DNA from: Octopus vulgaris
Lineage: Eukaryota
Direction of reading: 5' to 3'
DNA length: 64,000 bases
NCBI GenBank assembly: GCA_951406725.2
Contig: OX597829.1
Coordinates: 3,720,001 to 3,784,000 of the forward strand
Shown piece after piece: positions 24,607 to 37,432 of this stretch. Positions within the stretch are counted from its first letter, which is position 1. Every line of letters begins with the position of its first letter. Made by a program: the position numbers and the translations under genes. Below the pieces are notes generated by a model that ran no database searches, was not told the DNA's origin, and worked only from the letters and a program-made list of their open reading frames with translations.

Positions 24607-25397
24607 TGTATGTATGTGTGTGTGGCAGGGGTATTCATGTATGCATGCCTAGAGTTTGTGTTCATAGATATCTCATACTGTGGAGCTCTGACATGAAATG
24701 CTAATTTTTATCACCAACTTCTTCGCAGATGTACTCTCACACACCTCACCTAAGATGTTGCCGGCTTTTTTTACGTACTTGTCAAAAAATTCCATTACAT
24801 ATCTTTTGCAGCATTGCTTTTTTTCTGTTGAAATGTATATTTTTTAAGCTATTGTAATTAAGTTTCATTTGTGTCTATATATTACTTTTTAATATCTTCT
24901 CTTCTCACAATCTTAAAATTTGCAATTATATATCTTTTAAAATCAATGTTTTGTTTTTTTTTTCAGTTGAATTAAAATCCATCAGCTTATTTTTTGCTAT
25001 CATTCGAAATTCATTTTGAAATATTTTTTGCTTCTGTTTTAAGTGCCACATTTGTTCATATATAATCTGCACTTTTGTATAATGCTTACCATTTATTATT
25101 AGCATCATGATCATTGTTTTAACGTCCACTTTTTCATGCCTGTATGGGTCAGATGGAGTTTTAGGCATATTTTCTACAGCTATTTACTACTTCTGTCACT
25201 AACCTCACCTATTTCCAAGTAAGGTAATATTCCATCATTGTTGGACAATTTTTACCAGAATATTGGAAAGGAATGTCGTATAACAGTTATGTGATGTCAA
25301 GACAAGGAGACATAAATATTCATGCACTCATACATACGTATAAACATATATACACACTTTTATACAAACTTTATATATACATACATATATATATATA

Positions 25398-25697
25398 TCA
25401 CCTTGATTACCTTGACCGACCAGTCCGTCGGGCATCCATTTGACACCGCTGGTCACAGCACGCTGTCCACTCCTCTCTGGATTGCGCCTTTCTCATCCAC
25501 GTGATCCCAATCGTCCTCCTGAAATCGTAACTCCACCGTCGTGGAGGCCTTCCGGGTGGTCGTTTCTGCTCGTGCAGGTACCACTCGACAACTGCGCAGG
25601 TCCACCGATTATCGGTGAGCCAGGCGACGTGTCCAGCCCATCTAAACTTGCTGCGTGTATACTCTGCGATGACATCCCTCACTTCATCAACTTTCAC
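25398..25697 (-). mobile_element. 5'-truncated RTE-clade LINE 3' end
   Basis: ORF 25407..25697 reads KFRWAGHVAWLTDNRWT...KRPPGRPPRRW; short tandem tail next to a TA tract. Confidence 0.85.
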
Positions 25698-26238
25698 TAA
25701 ATTTCTTTGTGTCTCTCTCTGTGTTTGTCTTTGCCACTGCCCTCACCACTGCCTACTGTTACTCTCACCCCAGCATGTACAGTAGTAGAAGTGTCAATCG
25801 GATGTAATCAATTGAACCACACGCGTATTTATCGTTATGGTAAAATCTGGCGTGTGATTGAGTGGATTTCATCCAGATGGTTTTGGCCGAAGAGCTACAA
25901 GTGGATTTTATTGTAAGTAAAATTACATTTAATTCATTAATAGCGAAACAATTGTCCCAAAATAATCTGTATTTTGTTATTTTTTATTTGCCCTGTCCGT
26001 GTGAGCTAACAATCGTACTGATTTTCATGGGAAGCATGTATTTTTTGTGGTTGAAACCTTTTGGATTAACTGGTGCTAGAGTGAGCCATATAGTGACCAC
26101 TCTCTTATATTTATTTTGTAAAAATATTATAATATATTATAAAATATTATAATAATCCAGGTTTCTCGGAGCACTAGGCCACTTGGTGTAGAATAGATAT
26201 ACTATTAAATTAGTATCTAATTCTCTCACCCTTATTAA

Positions 26239-26287
<49 letters not shown>

Positions 26288-27289
26288 GTGAATCTGGAAA
26301 ATGTTTTGCTATTTATTCACCATTACACTTGTTTCATTTGTACATGCTGGATAAACATGTGAAGAAAATTTCTTGTTAGAAATTCTTTAGACAGAGAATA
26401 AAATATTACATTACACACACACACATAATAGGCTTCTTCTAGTTTCCATTTACCAAATCCATTCACAAGGATTTTGATCAACTGAGGCTATAGTAAAAGA
26501 CATTTGCTCAAGGTACCATATGGTGGGACTGATTCCAAAACAATGTAGTTGGAAAGCAAACTTCTTAAATGCACAGTCCCACTGATACTTAGTTTAAAAA
26601 TTAAGAGAACGAAATATGCATATCATACGTAAACACTGCACTCTAGAATCTCAATATAAGATGCATTTGTTTCACATAAAGTATTGCTTTGGAGGCACAG
26701 GCATGGTTGTGTGTTTAAAAAATTTGTTTCCCAAAACACATGGTGTTGTGTTCAATCCCACTGCTTGGGGTTTTGGGCAAGTGCCTTCTACTCTAGCCCT
26801 GGGTCAACCAGATTTTTGTGAATGAATTTGGTAGATGGACCCTAAAGGAGGCCTCTTGTATACTCTTTACTCTTTTACTCTTTTACTTGTTTCAGTCATT
26901 TGACTGCGGCCGTGCTGGAGCACCGCCTTTAGTCAAGCAAATCGACCCCGGGACTTATTCTTTGTAAGCCCAGTACTTACTCTATCGGTCACTTTTGCCG
27001 AACCGCTAAGTAATGGGGACATAAACACACCAGCATCGGTTGTCAAGCAATGCTTGGGGGACAAACACAGACACACACATATATATATATACATATATCC
27101 GACAGGCTTCTTTCAGTTTCCGTCTACCAAATCCACTCACAAGGCTTTGGTCGGCCCGAAGGCTATAGCAGAAGACACTTGCCCAAGATGCCACACAGTG
27201 GGACTGAACCCGGAACCATGTGGTTGGTTAGCAAGCTACTTACCACACAGCCACTCCTGCACCTATATGTATTTATATATGTGCATTTA

Positions 27290-27322
<33 letters not shown>

Positions 27323-27926
27323 GTATTTATATATATGTATTTATATATGTGTATATGTGTGAATGCTTATATATTTGGTATCGCCTTGTCTTGACATTGC
27401 GTGATAGCTGTAAATGATTGTCACTGTCATACAAGCAGTGTTGTTCATTTCTAATATTCTGCAAGAGCATGTCTAACCACATGGAAATATTGCTTTGCTT
27501 GGAAGCAGGTTAGGGTTGGCAACAGCAAGGGCATCCAATGGCTATCACTCTCATAGAAAGATATGTTGTTATTATCATCATCAACATTATTATTATTATT
27601 ATTATTATTATAGTGAGGGCAGTGATCTAGCAGAATTCTTGGACAAAATGCTTATTGTCTTTTTTTCCCGCTTTTTATGTTCAAATTCTGCCAAGATCAA
27701 CTTTGCCTTTCATCCTTTCAGGGTTGATAAAATAAAGTACCAGTCAGGTTTTGGGGTTGTTGTAATTAAAACTTGCATGCCCCTCCTCCTGAAGTTAATG
27801 GCATTGTGCCAAAATTAGAAAGAATCATGGCAAGAAAAAGTATTTTGAAAGGAGATTTTATATTTTATTGTTTGAGTTGTGAAGAGTAGTTTATTTTTGT
27901 TAATTTATTTTCTTTTTGACTATCAG

Positions 27927-28052
27927 GAAATGAGACTGACGAGGAATTTATTACCATGAAAGATGATGAAGACGAAGAAGCAGCATCTAAGACTGAAGGG
28001 AAAATTTCTGTTACTGCCCATGTAACAGCAAATAGTGAAAGTAAACCTGTTG
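27927..28052 (+). CDS. NBEA: Neurobeachin exon, acidic linker (GNETDEEFITMKDDEDEEAASKTEGKISVTAHVTANSESKPV)
   Basis: Pyrimidine tract then tatcag|GA; strong donor G|gtgagt; 126 nt, phase 1 to 1. Confidence 0.82.
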
Positions 28053-29440
28053 GTGAGTCTTCATCCTCCACCTTATCATTGTTGTCATTGTTTAACATCT
28101 GTCTTTCATTCTTGCATGGATTAGGGGGCTTGACGGGATCCTGTGAATTGGAAGGGGCTGCATCATACAACAGTTTTTTTTTTTTTTTTTTTTCTGTGTG
28201 ACACTGGTACTAGTGAGGGTTGCCAAGTAACTCACACGGCAAAGTAATGTGAGCCCTTTATTTACTGTAATTGTTGTAGAGAAGAGGAAGGGGCTTTATA
28301 CTTGATGTTGAGAGGCCAAAGTATGACAGCAGCAGAGCAGACATGGTGTCTTTTCTATGGAGGAGATACATGGCTGTCCTGCTATTATATAAAGGTTGAA
28401 GTAACTGGAAATAGAGATAAAGATGATGGTACAAGGTGAGTATAAAAGAGAAAGAACCAAAGGACTGCGTTAAAGCTCCAATGTCTATTTTGGCATGGTT
28501 TCTACATCTGGATGACCCTTGTTAATGCCAACCATTTACAGAGTGTACTGGGATCTTTTTCTCAATCACAAAACCATACACTGTTGTCCACTTATACCAG
28601 GATTGTTGGATTGCAATTTGTGAGCTTTCCTTTTCACCATCTGCTACTGAGATCCTTCTGCTGCATGCTTAAAATCTTTTTTAAATTAGACATCTGGAAA
28701 TGATTAGGCTTTTTCATCATTATCCTCATCATTATTGATTGATGTCCACTTTTCCATGCTTGCATGGGTCAGATGGAATTCATTGAAGCAGTCTTCTTCT
28801 ATGGCTGGATATTCTTCCTGTCACTAATCTTCACTGGTTCCCAAGTTTCATCATCATCATCATCATCGTTTAACGTCCATTTTCGATGCTGGCTTGGGTT
28901 GGACAGTTCGACCAGAGTCTGAGAAGCCAGGAGGCTGCACCAGGCCCAGTCTGATCTGGCAGTGTTTCTACAGCTGGATGCCCTTCCTAATGCCAACCAC
29001 TCCGCGAGTGTAGTGGGTGCTTTTTATGTGCCACTGGTACAGGTGCCAGGCAAGGCTGGCAATGGCTACGATCGGTTGGTGCTTTTTTACGTGCCACCGG
29101 CATGGAAGCCAGTCAAGGTGCTGCTGGCATCGGCCATGTTCGGATGGTGCTTTTTACGTGCCACCGGCACAGGGATCACAACTACTGTTTCCAAGTTTGT
29201 AAGGTAATTTTTTCCCAATGGTCATACGGATTTTTCATGTAAGACTGGAAACAAACAATGTCGCTTGTCTGACTGTGATGTTTGTTTACAATCATTACAT
29301 GATGTCAAGACAAGGCTACACTCTCGCACTCACACTCTCGCACATATACATTGGCTCTGTTTCAGTTTCCTTCTATCAAATCCATTCACAAGGTTTTGTT
29401 TGACTTGTAGCTAGAGTAGATGACATTGATCAAGAGGTTG

Positions 29441-29472
<32 letters not shown>

Positions 29473-30200
29473 TATACACATATATACGATGAGCTTCTTT
29501 CAGTTTCCGTCTACCAAATCCATGCACAAGGCTTAGGTCAGCCCGAAACTATAGCAGAAGACACTTGCCCAAGGTGCCACGCAGTGGGACTGAACCTGGA
29601 ACCATGTGGTTGGTAAGCAAGCTACTTACGACACAGCCACTTCTATGCCTATGTGTGCATATATATATGATACACACATGTGTATATATGTATGTATATA
29701 CACATCTATCAATGGGTTGCTTAAGTATGCATGCATTTCCAAAAAACATTGGATGCAGCTATGAAAATATCAATCTCCAGCCCTGTATCTGTTCACCAAA
29801 CATTCTACTACTGCAACGTGACACAGATTAACAGATTTACTATCAATGACTAACCACATTCCAGATTACAAATTCTTCAGTTAGACTTCCTCTTGGGATT
29901 CTTAAAAAAAAAAAAAGATTTTAAAAAGACTTAAGCACTTTTCATTGTTGTCATGGGAAAATGTGTATAGCTAACATTTTTAGCTTGTGTAGAATAAGCA
30001 ATACTATTTTCAAAGCTAATCCATATTCTTACTTCAATACATATTGTTAAAAATAACTGACTGAGACTACAGCAGTAATGAATCCTACTACAGACACAGA
30101 GAATACTGTTGAATATATCATTCTTTAATTGGTGATTTCTTCTACTAAGACTAGAATGATGAATGGCAAAGTTGTTCTCTATCATTTTGAAGTTGAAGTT

Positions 30201-30235
<35 letters not shown>

Positions 30236-30238
<3 letters not shown>

Positions 30239-31020
30239 AAAATAAGACAAGATAGAGAATGCTAAAATGATTTTATCATGAAGAACATTTTAGCACCGAT
30301 CACAGTCTTTGCGACTTTTTCAACTTAGAGTAAAGCAGGAAAAACAATTAAATTGCAGTAAAATTAAATGAAATGTTTTTTAAAAATATTTCCATAGTTT
30401 TCAAATATAAAGGACATTTTCCTTTTTTCTGTCTGTCTCTGTCACTTTTTCTCTTGTGAAGGCTTGGTAGTAGGTAGTATGTAGTAGCTGTCCTAAAAGA
30501 ATATTTGTTATGAGTTCTTGGTTTTGATTGTTTAAGCAGAAGTAGTAACCAAGGAAGGGAGCGAGAAGAAGGAGTAGGAAAAGAAGAGAAAGAATAATAA
30601 AAATACTGGTGTGGTATGACTAGTTGGCAGGCTGTTAGTAGAGTCTTCTTAAATAGTAAAGTGACCTAAAAGTGACCTGTTGTGGTTGTAATAGTAGTGA
30701 TTGGAATTGTTCTGAATAAATTCATGGGTAGTGACTGTTCTGAAAATATCGTTTTTAATATTTGCATGGGTATTATTCTAAGGCCCTCGTAATAGTCTCA
30801 TTTGTGGTGGACGCATTCAAAAGGGGTTTATATTTTGTGATAAAATATGACTCTTTGCTAATGTGCTGACTACATGTTGCATTGTCCTTGGATTTATAGA
30901 AATTCTGAAAAATTCTGAAGCTGGGCTGTTTGTTAGTAGTGCAAATGTCAATGCGTTCACTGAAAGCTATTTTTCTGTATTCCTAAATTTTGATCTGGTA
31001 TCTATGTAGAGCCATCCTAG
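30236..31020 (-). mobile_element. Penelope-like element remnant (GIY-YIG endonuclease C-terminus plus 3' region) abutting a (TA)n tract
   Basis: Minus strand of about 31010-30812 reads LHRYQIKI*EYRKIAFSERIDIC...FRIF/FYKSKDN...KESYFITKYKPLLN, matching the C-terminus of PLE endonucleases. Confidence 0.7.
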
Positions 31021-31416
31021 AAAAATATGTTATATTATATATATATATACAGTCAAATTCTCATTTAACGGAAATTTTGTTTAACAAAAATTCCATTTAA
31101 CGATCCCCAAAATTTTATTTTGCAAAGTTTTGTGTATAAACTCTTGACATAGATGATATTTAACAAAATTCGGAATAACAAGTACATAAAAATGATTTTA
31201 AAGGAATTTTAGAAATATTTTGGGGATTTTTTGATAAATTTAATATGATATAATGATATGTCTATCATTTGTATTTGTATAATAACGGGAGACAAGAGTA
31301 TTCGAATAGGCTACGATGCCAGGACTGGCATAATAGCCTGTTTTGCTGGTTGTGCAACTAGTAATCCTTTGCATAAATATGTACACTGGTTAGTTTGCTG
31401 TCTGATATATGTTAGA

Positions 31417-31792
31417 CTAGCAGTATCGCCCGGCGTTGCTCAGGTTTGTAAGGGAAATAACTATAAAGCATTTTTAGAGAGTTATAGCCAAAAAATAGCA
31501 AAAAAATGGAAAAAAATGATGGTAAATTTTTTTTTTAGTTAAAAAAGGTGGAGTTGCGTCCCCTAGACAGTTTGTGTTTCTGATTCTGGACCCCACGTCG
31601 AATTTATCGATTTTTTTCAGAACTGGGGGAACTTTTCAAAATTTTCGCTGCGTTAGTTTTGAATTATGACATTGGGCTATGTGTGTGTCAAGTTTTATCA
31701 GAATCGGTTGAAAGCCGTGGTCAGGGTGAGGGTACAAGCAAACAGACACACAGAAACACGCACAGACAAACTGCCGTTTATATAGAGAGAGA
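31417..31792 (-). mobile_element. Non-autonomous Helitron
   Basis: Minus strand A|TCTCTCTCTATATAAACGGCAG ... subterminal hairpin cctgagcaacgccggg ... CTAG|T; inserted between A and T with no TSD. Confidence 0.85.
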
Positions 31793-32381
31793 TGAGTTCA
31801 TAACTTTATTCATTAAATGATCATTTGTTTTAATGTGGTATGTGTAGACATGCAGATGAAATATTGAGGTAGACCCCTTGAGATCGTCAGTGCAGTGGTT
31901 GTGTGAGATGTCTAGGCAGGACTTGAACATCATATACAAAAACCACAACTATATAGTATATAGCATGCGAAAGCTTTAGTTTTAAAGTTTGTGTCAAAGT
32001 AGAGGTTAATCCGGAAAAAAACATTATTTTACGGAAGCATCGCCTTACTGGCACCTATCATTACCAGCATCGCCTTACTGGCATCTGTGCCGGTGGCATG
32101 TGTAAAAGATTTGAGCGAGGTCGTTGCCAGTACCGATGGCACGTAAAAGCACCCACTACACTCTCTGAGTGGTTGGCATTAGGAAGGGCATCCAGCTGTA
32201 GAAACTCTGCCAAATCAAGACTGGAACCTGGTGCAGCCATCTGGTTCGCCAGCCCTCAGTCAAATCGTCCAACCCATGAAAAGCAGATGTTAAACGATGA
32301 TGATGATATTGTTGTATCTCAGAAGGGTCATTCATTGTGTCAATAATGGTTTGGGGTGGGGGTCAAACACAGAAACACAAA

Positions 32382-32423
32382 CACATACATACATACATAC
32401 ATACATACATACATACATACATG

Positions 32424-32489
<66 letters not shown>

Positions 32490-32740
32490 CATATATATAT
32501 ATATATACATATATACATATACATATATACATATACATATATATATATACATATATATATATACATATATATATATACATATATATATATATACACATAT
32601 ATATATATATACATATATACATATACATATATACATATACATATATATATATACATATATATATATACATATATATATATACATATATATATATACACAT
32701 ATATATATATACACATATATATATATACACATATATATAC

Positions 32741-32803
<63 letters not shown>

Positions 32804-33175
32804 CTTCTTTCAGTTTCCCTCTACTAAATCCACTCACAAGGTTTTTGTTGGCCTGCAGCTATTGTAGAAGACACTTAGCCAAGGTGCTACACAGTGGGAT
32901 TGAACCCAGAATCACGTGGTTGGTAAGCAAGCTACTTACCACACAGCCACTCCTGTGGCTATATACATATATATATATATATATGTACACACACACACAT
33001 ATATATATATACACACACACACATATATATATACACATATATATATATATATATATATGTGTATGTATATATATATATATACATATGTGTATATATATAT
33101 ATATGCATATATATATATTTATATGTACACACACACACATATATATATACATACACACACACATATATACATTAT
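32382..33175. repeat. Compound CATA/CA/TA microsatellites inside and flanking a CORE-SINE
   Basis: Directly visible; SINE head at 32802-32955 lies between the tracts. Confidence 0.9.
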
Positions 33176-33700
33176 ATATCTGTGTTCATGTGTGCATGAT
33201 TGCTTACTTTTCTTCACCTTCACCTGACACTAATCAAAATGAGGATATTAACGTTTATATTTTCTGAAGCAATGCTTTCTGTTGCTTGGTGTTTCATCTA
33301 CAGTATAGTATAAAACCAGCTGGATGCCCTTTCTGTCAAAAATGATTTTGCCACCTCACATCATTGAATGGTATAAAGCTAACAATTTTAGGGGAGGGAG
33401 TTAGTTATATCGTTGACTTGTTTTGTCATCTCCATAAGAATGAAAGCCAAAGTCAACTGTTGCAGAATTTGAGCTCAGAAAAGCATTTTGTATAACACTC
33501 ATAACAATTCTGACAGCTTGCTACCCTTAGTTGACTAATAATATTAGAAGAGAAACAGAACCAGTGCTTGTATCTTTTTCTGACATAATGACCCTCCCAA
33601 TACACTATTTCACTTTATGACACTTGCAAACAAATTTAAAAAAGAAAAGAAACAAATTTATTTATTTATTCATTCATTTATTTATTATCTATTTTTGCAG

Positions 33701-34600
33701 AGAATTCATCGAAGACAGCTGTAAATAAAACTGAAGAAATTAAGGCAGACAGCGAGAATACAAAACTCGATCCTTCAACTAATGATACCCCTGAAAGGGA
33801 AACAAATGAGACTGCAAAAGAACCAGATTTGAAAACAGAGAGCGCAGATGGTAAACCTACAAGTGGTAGCCAAGAGAATAATGATAAGGCACCTGTAGCT
33901 GAAGAGAAAGATGAGAGTGTGAAACCAAAAGCTGCACCTGATGCTGGAAATATTGAAGAGCCACCTGCTGAAGAGACAGGTGACTCCACCAAAAGTACAG
34001 GCGTTAGTGGTGCTGCAGTAGATTCGACATCGGTTTCCTCAAGTTCAGAGCCAAAAGCAACGACCTCTTCTGCTGAAGACACTGCAGCTACAACGGTTAC
34101 AACACCAGCTGTTGACAGCAGTACCGTTGTTAACGAAACGACGACGACAACAGCTGCGGAAACGGCTACTACGAGTACTACCATCACTGATGTAAAAATT
34201 GAGGTATCTCCAACAACGGAAGATGGACAACATCAACCTGATAACACCTCTAAAATCGAAACGAGCAAAGATCTACTGCAAGAAGGAGAGAGCAGAAATG
34301 ATGAAGAAAATCCGGAAATACAAGAATGCATATCTTCAATAAGAATTGATGAGCAACCTAACAGTGTTTCAGTCTCGGCTGACACAGCAGTAAAACCACC
34401 TGAAAACCTACAACTTGCTGCAAACATACCAGCAACGTTTGACAACCTACCATTACCAAGCGAGGGAAGCTCACTTACTGAACGCTTGGAGAGAGCCCTC
34501 GGATCGTCTGCTCCACTTCTCAGAGAGGTCTTTGTGGATTTTGCACCGTTCCTATCAAAGACTTTAATCGGATCCCATGGCCAAGAATTACTTGTTGGGG
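33701..34600 (+). CDS. NBEA: Neurobeachin exon (900 nt; T/S/E-rich linker, then [41 protein letters not shown] leading into DUF1088)
   Basis: ttttgcag|AG acceptor, GGG G|gtaagt donor; in frame with ORF 33829..34758; phase 1 to 1. Confidence 0.93.
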
Positions 34601-35784
34601 GTAAGTATATTTTCTTCAGCTCATTATTTCATTTAGCATGTGTGTTCGTGCGTGTGTGTGTGTGCGTGTGTGTGTGTATGTGTGTGTGTGTGTGTGTATC
34701 ATTCTATATGTCTTACTTAACATGGATATACTGTAAGAAAGCTACACAGCTGTTTTGAGAAAGCATCTCTTGTACATGAGTAAAGCTAAAAAGCTCAGAG
34801 TTAGCAGTTGGAGGTGAAAAGTGTCCAGTAGTAGAATTGCTAGATTTGGGATTTCTGCAAATTTGTGCATTATTGATAGCAAATGTATCATTCAACTTCG
34901 GTAGTAGCTGAATAATATTCTTAAGGCTGCAATTTACTCACATGCAGTATCTTTCATTGCTTGTCGCTAATTCAGTTCTTAACCAAATTGAAAACTCTTA
35001 ACATTTTGGAAGAGGGCTGGTCCCTAGCTACATTTTGGCATAAGAAAAATTGAGATTTGGTCCAATAGAAAAAAGTTTACATCAAAATTTGTAACAGCAT
35101 TATCAGAGAGTAAGTAACACCACCAATCAAATTTAGATCTAAATAACTTTTTTTTTTATTGTAAAAGCAAAAATGTATTTATCTTAGCCTCAATGATAGA
35201 AGAAAGCATGAAGAATTTCATAGTTTTGGTCTTATGCAACAAAAATTTGTATCAAAAAAGTTGCGATGTAAAATATGGAAAAAATATAACTAAGGCAAAA
35301 AATTGGATATAAGTATAATTAATTTTTTTTATTTTAAAAACAAACTATATTTTAATTAAGCTTAAATGATAGAGCTCAATTCGAGGAATTTCATGATATC
35401 AATCTCATGCAATGAAGTTTTAAAAGAAAAATGTTATCAGTGTTTGTTTCTCAAATTTGAGGGTGAATATATAGTTCTATACTTTTTTATGAATATTGTT
35501 CAATAAGGGGACTTTAAATATATGTCACCAGCATCATTGAGGTAAGGAAAAAGTTATCATTGACACCATTAATTGGCACATTTGACACATTATTAATTAG
35601 CAGAATAGCATAGCCTGGAAAAAACACAGATTACATGGGAAAATGTGAGCAAGAGAAATACTATTCTTAAGATTATAAACCAGGAAGATTACAGGACAAC
35701 TTATTACATCTGATAAAACACAGAACAAGAAAATTTTTACTTAAAATATTGCAGCTAAGGATAAAATTTTAATATTAAAAATTA

Positions 35785-36296
35785 TGGTAAATCCTCGAGT
35801 ATAGTCCACCCTTGAGTATAATATGCAGGGGATTTTTAGGAGGCTGTACCTCTGAAAAACCTAAACCTTGTGTATAATACACATCCCTTCTCTGACTTGA
35901 GTCGTGCGTCATTAAGCCAGCAGCACCAAGTTGAACAAAAACTTCTGCGCATGCGTAATACAATAATGGTGATGTTCTTAACTGTTATATGGGAATGTAA
36001 ATATGTTTGCAAATTGTTTTTGTTTACATGTTATTTTGTGTTCTGAATACTTTTATTTGTTTACTGCAAGTTATGGATGATTCTTTTATGACTTCATTGC
36101 TTTCAGGTTTAGCTTAAGGTATTTTCATGCCTGACATCACAAAATGCATCTGAATAAACATTGCCAGACAGCAAATAGAGACTCGGACATTGCTTAGAAA
36201 ATATTTTTCATTTTTAACCTCATATATAGTATGCACTAGGGATTTTGACCTTTAAATTTTGGGAAAAAAATGTGGATTATACTTGAGGATTTACGG
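35785..36296. mobile_element. Tc1/pogo-like MITE
   Basis: Imperfect 24-bp TIRs gtaaatcctcgagtatagtcca / tggattatacttgaggatttacgg. Confidence 0.65.
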
Positions 36297-36999
36297 CATT
36301 TGATTTTAATTTACAAAGTAACATCATAATTAAACAAATTACCATTATTTTGTTAAAATATTCACTCACTAGAATGCTTAAAAACTGAAAGCCAGCAGTA
36401 CCAATATAGCTAAAGTCTTATGTAAAGTAGAATAGTATATATGGTTGGCAAATTCATTATGCAAAAATAGGCATTGGGTCAAGACTAAAAATGTGAAGAC
36501 TTGACAAAAACTTAGGCAATAACTCAAGCAAATTTTACTGTGAATTTGTTGTTATGGTTAGATTTTACTGTAATATATAACTAATTTTTGTATTCTATTT
36601 ATTGTACTAACTAATTATATACTATTATAATTTTTCATAACCTATTTTCAAATTTCTAATTATTAATTAATAATTTTAAAAATTAATATTTTTAAAGTGC
36701 AAAAAATATTTTTAGTTATTTAAAATTTTTAATAGAAGTAACAAGTGGCATAAAAAACCACCTCTCCCTCTCTCAGATACACCCACAGTCAAGGGGCATT
36801 TTACCCTTCTCATCTCTCATCTATCTGGTATCCAGCTGTACAAATGATGCCAAAGTAGATATTGGAGCATGATGTTGTCTTCACACAGATGACAGTGTTG
36901 TGGCTTATATGCATTGGACGTTATGGAATATGGATGCTAAAGGATGATGGTGATAGTAGCGGAAGATCATTAAAAAATATATTTTTTTTGTCTCCACAG

Positions 37000-37126
37000 G
37001 CCTTGTTACACTGAAGCAAAGTTCATCTGTCGTAGAATTAGTGATGTTGCTTTGTTCCCAGGAGTGGCAAAACTCTCTTCAGAAACATGCTGGACTAGCG
37101 TTTATCGAATTGGTCAATGAAGGAAG
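37000..37126 (+). CDS. NBEA: Neurobeachin DUF1088-region exon ([43 protein letters not shown])
   Basis: ccacag|GC acceptor, AG|gtaagt donor; phase 1 to 2; highly conserved [19 protein letters not shown]. Confidence 0.97.
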
Positions 37127-37391
37127 GTAAGTTATTTTTTATATTATAGAAGTAAATGTGTACCTGTGATTTCCATATTGTGGGTCACACAGGTGCAAGC
37201 ATGGCTGTGTAGTTAAGAACTACGCTTCCTAACGACATGGTTTCAGGTTTGGTCCCATTGCACATTGCATGGCACATTTGGCAAATGATATCTCCTCTAG
37301 CTCAGGACAACCAAAACCTTATGTGTAGATTTGGGACAGAAACAGAAAAGCTAATCACATGTGTGCATATATATAAGTTTATGTGTGTGTG

Positions 37392-37432
<41 letters not shown>

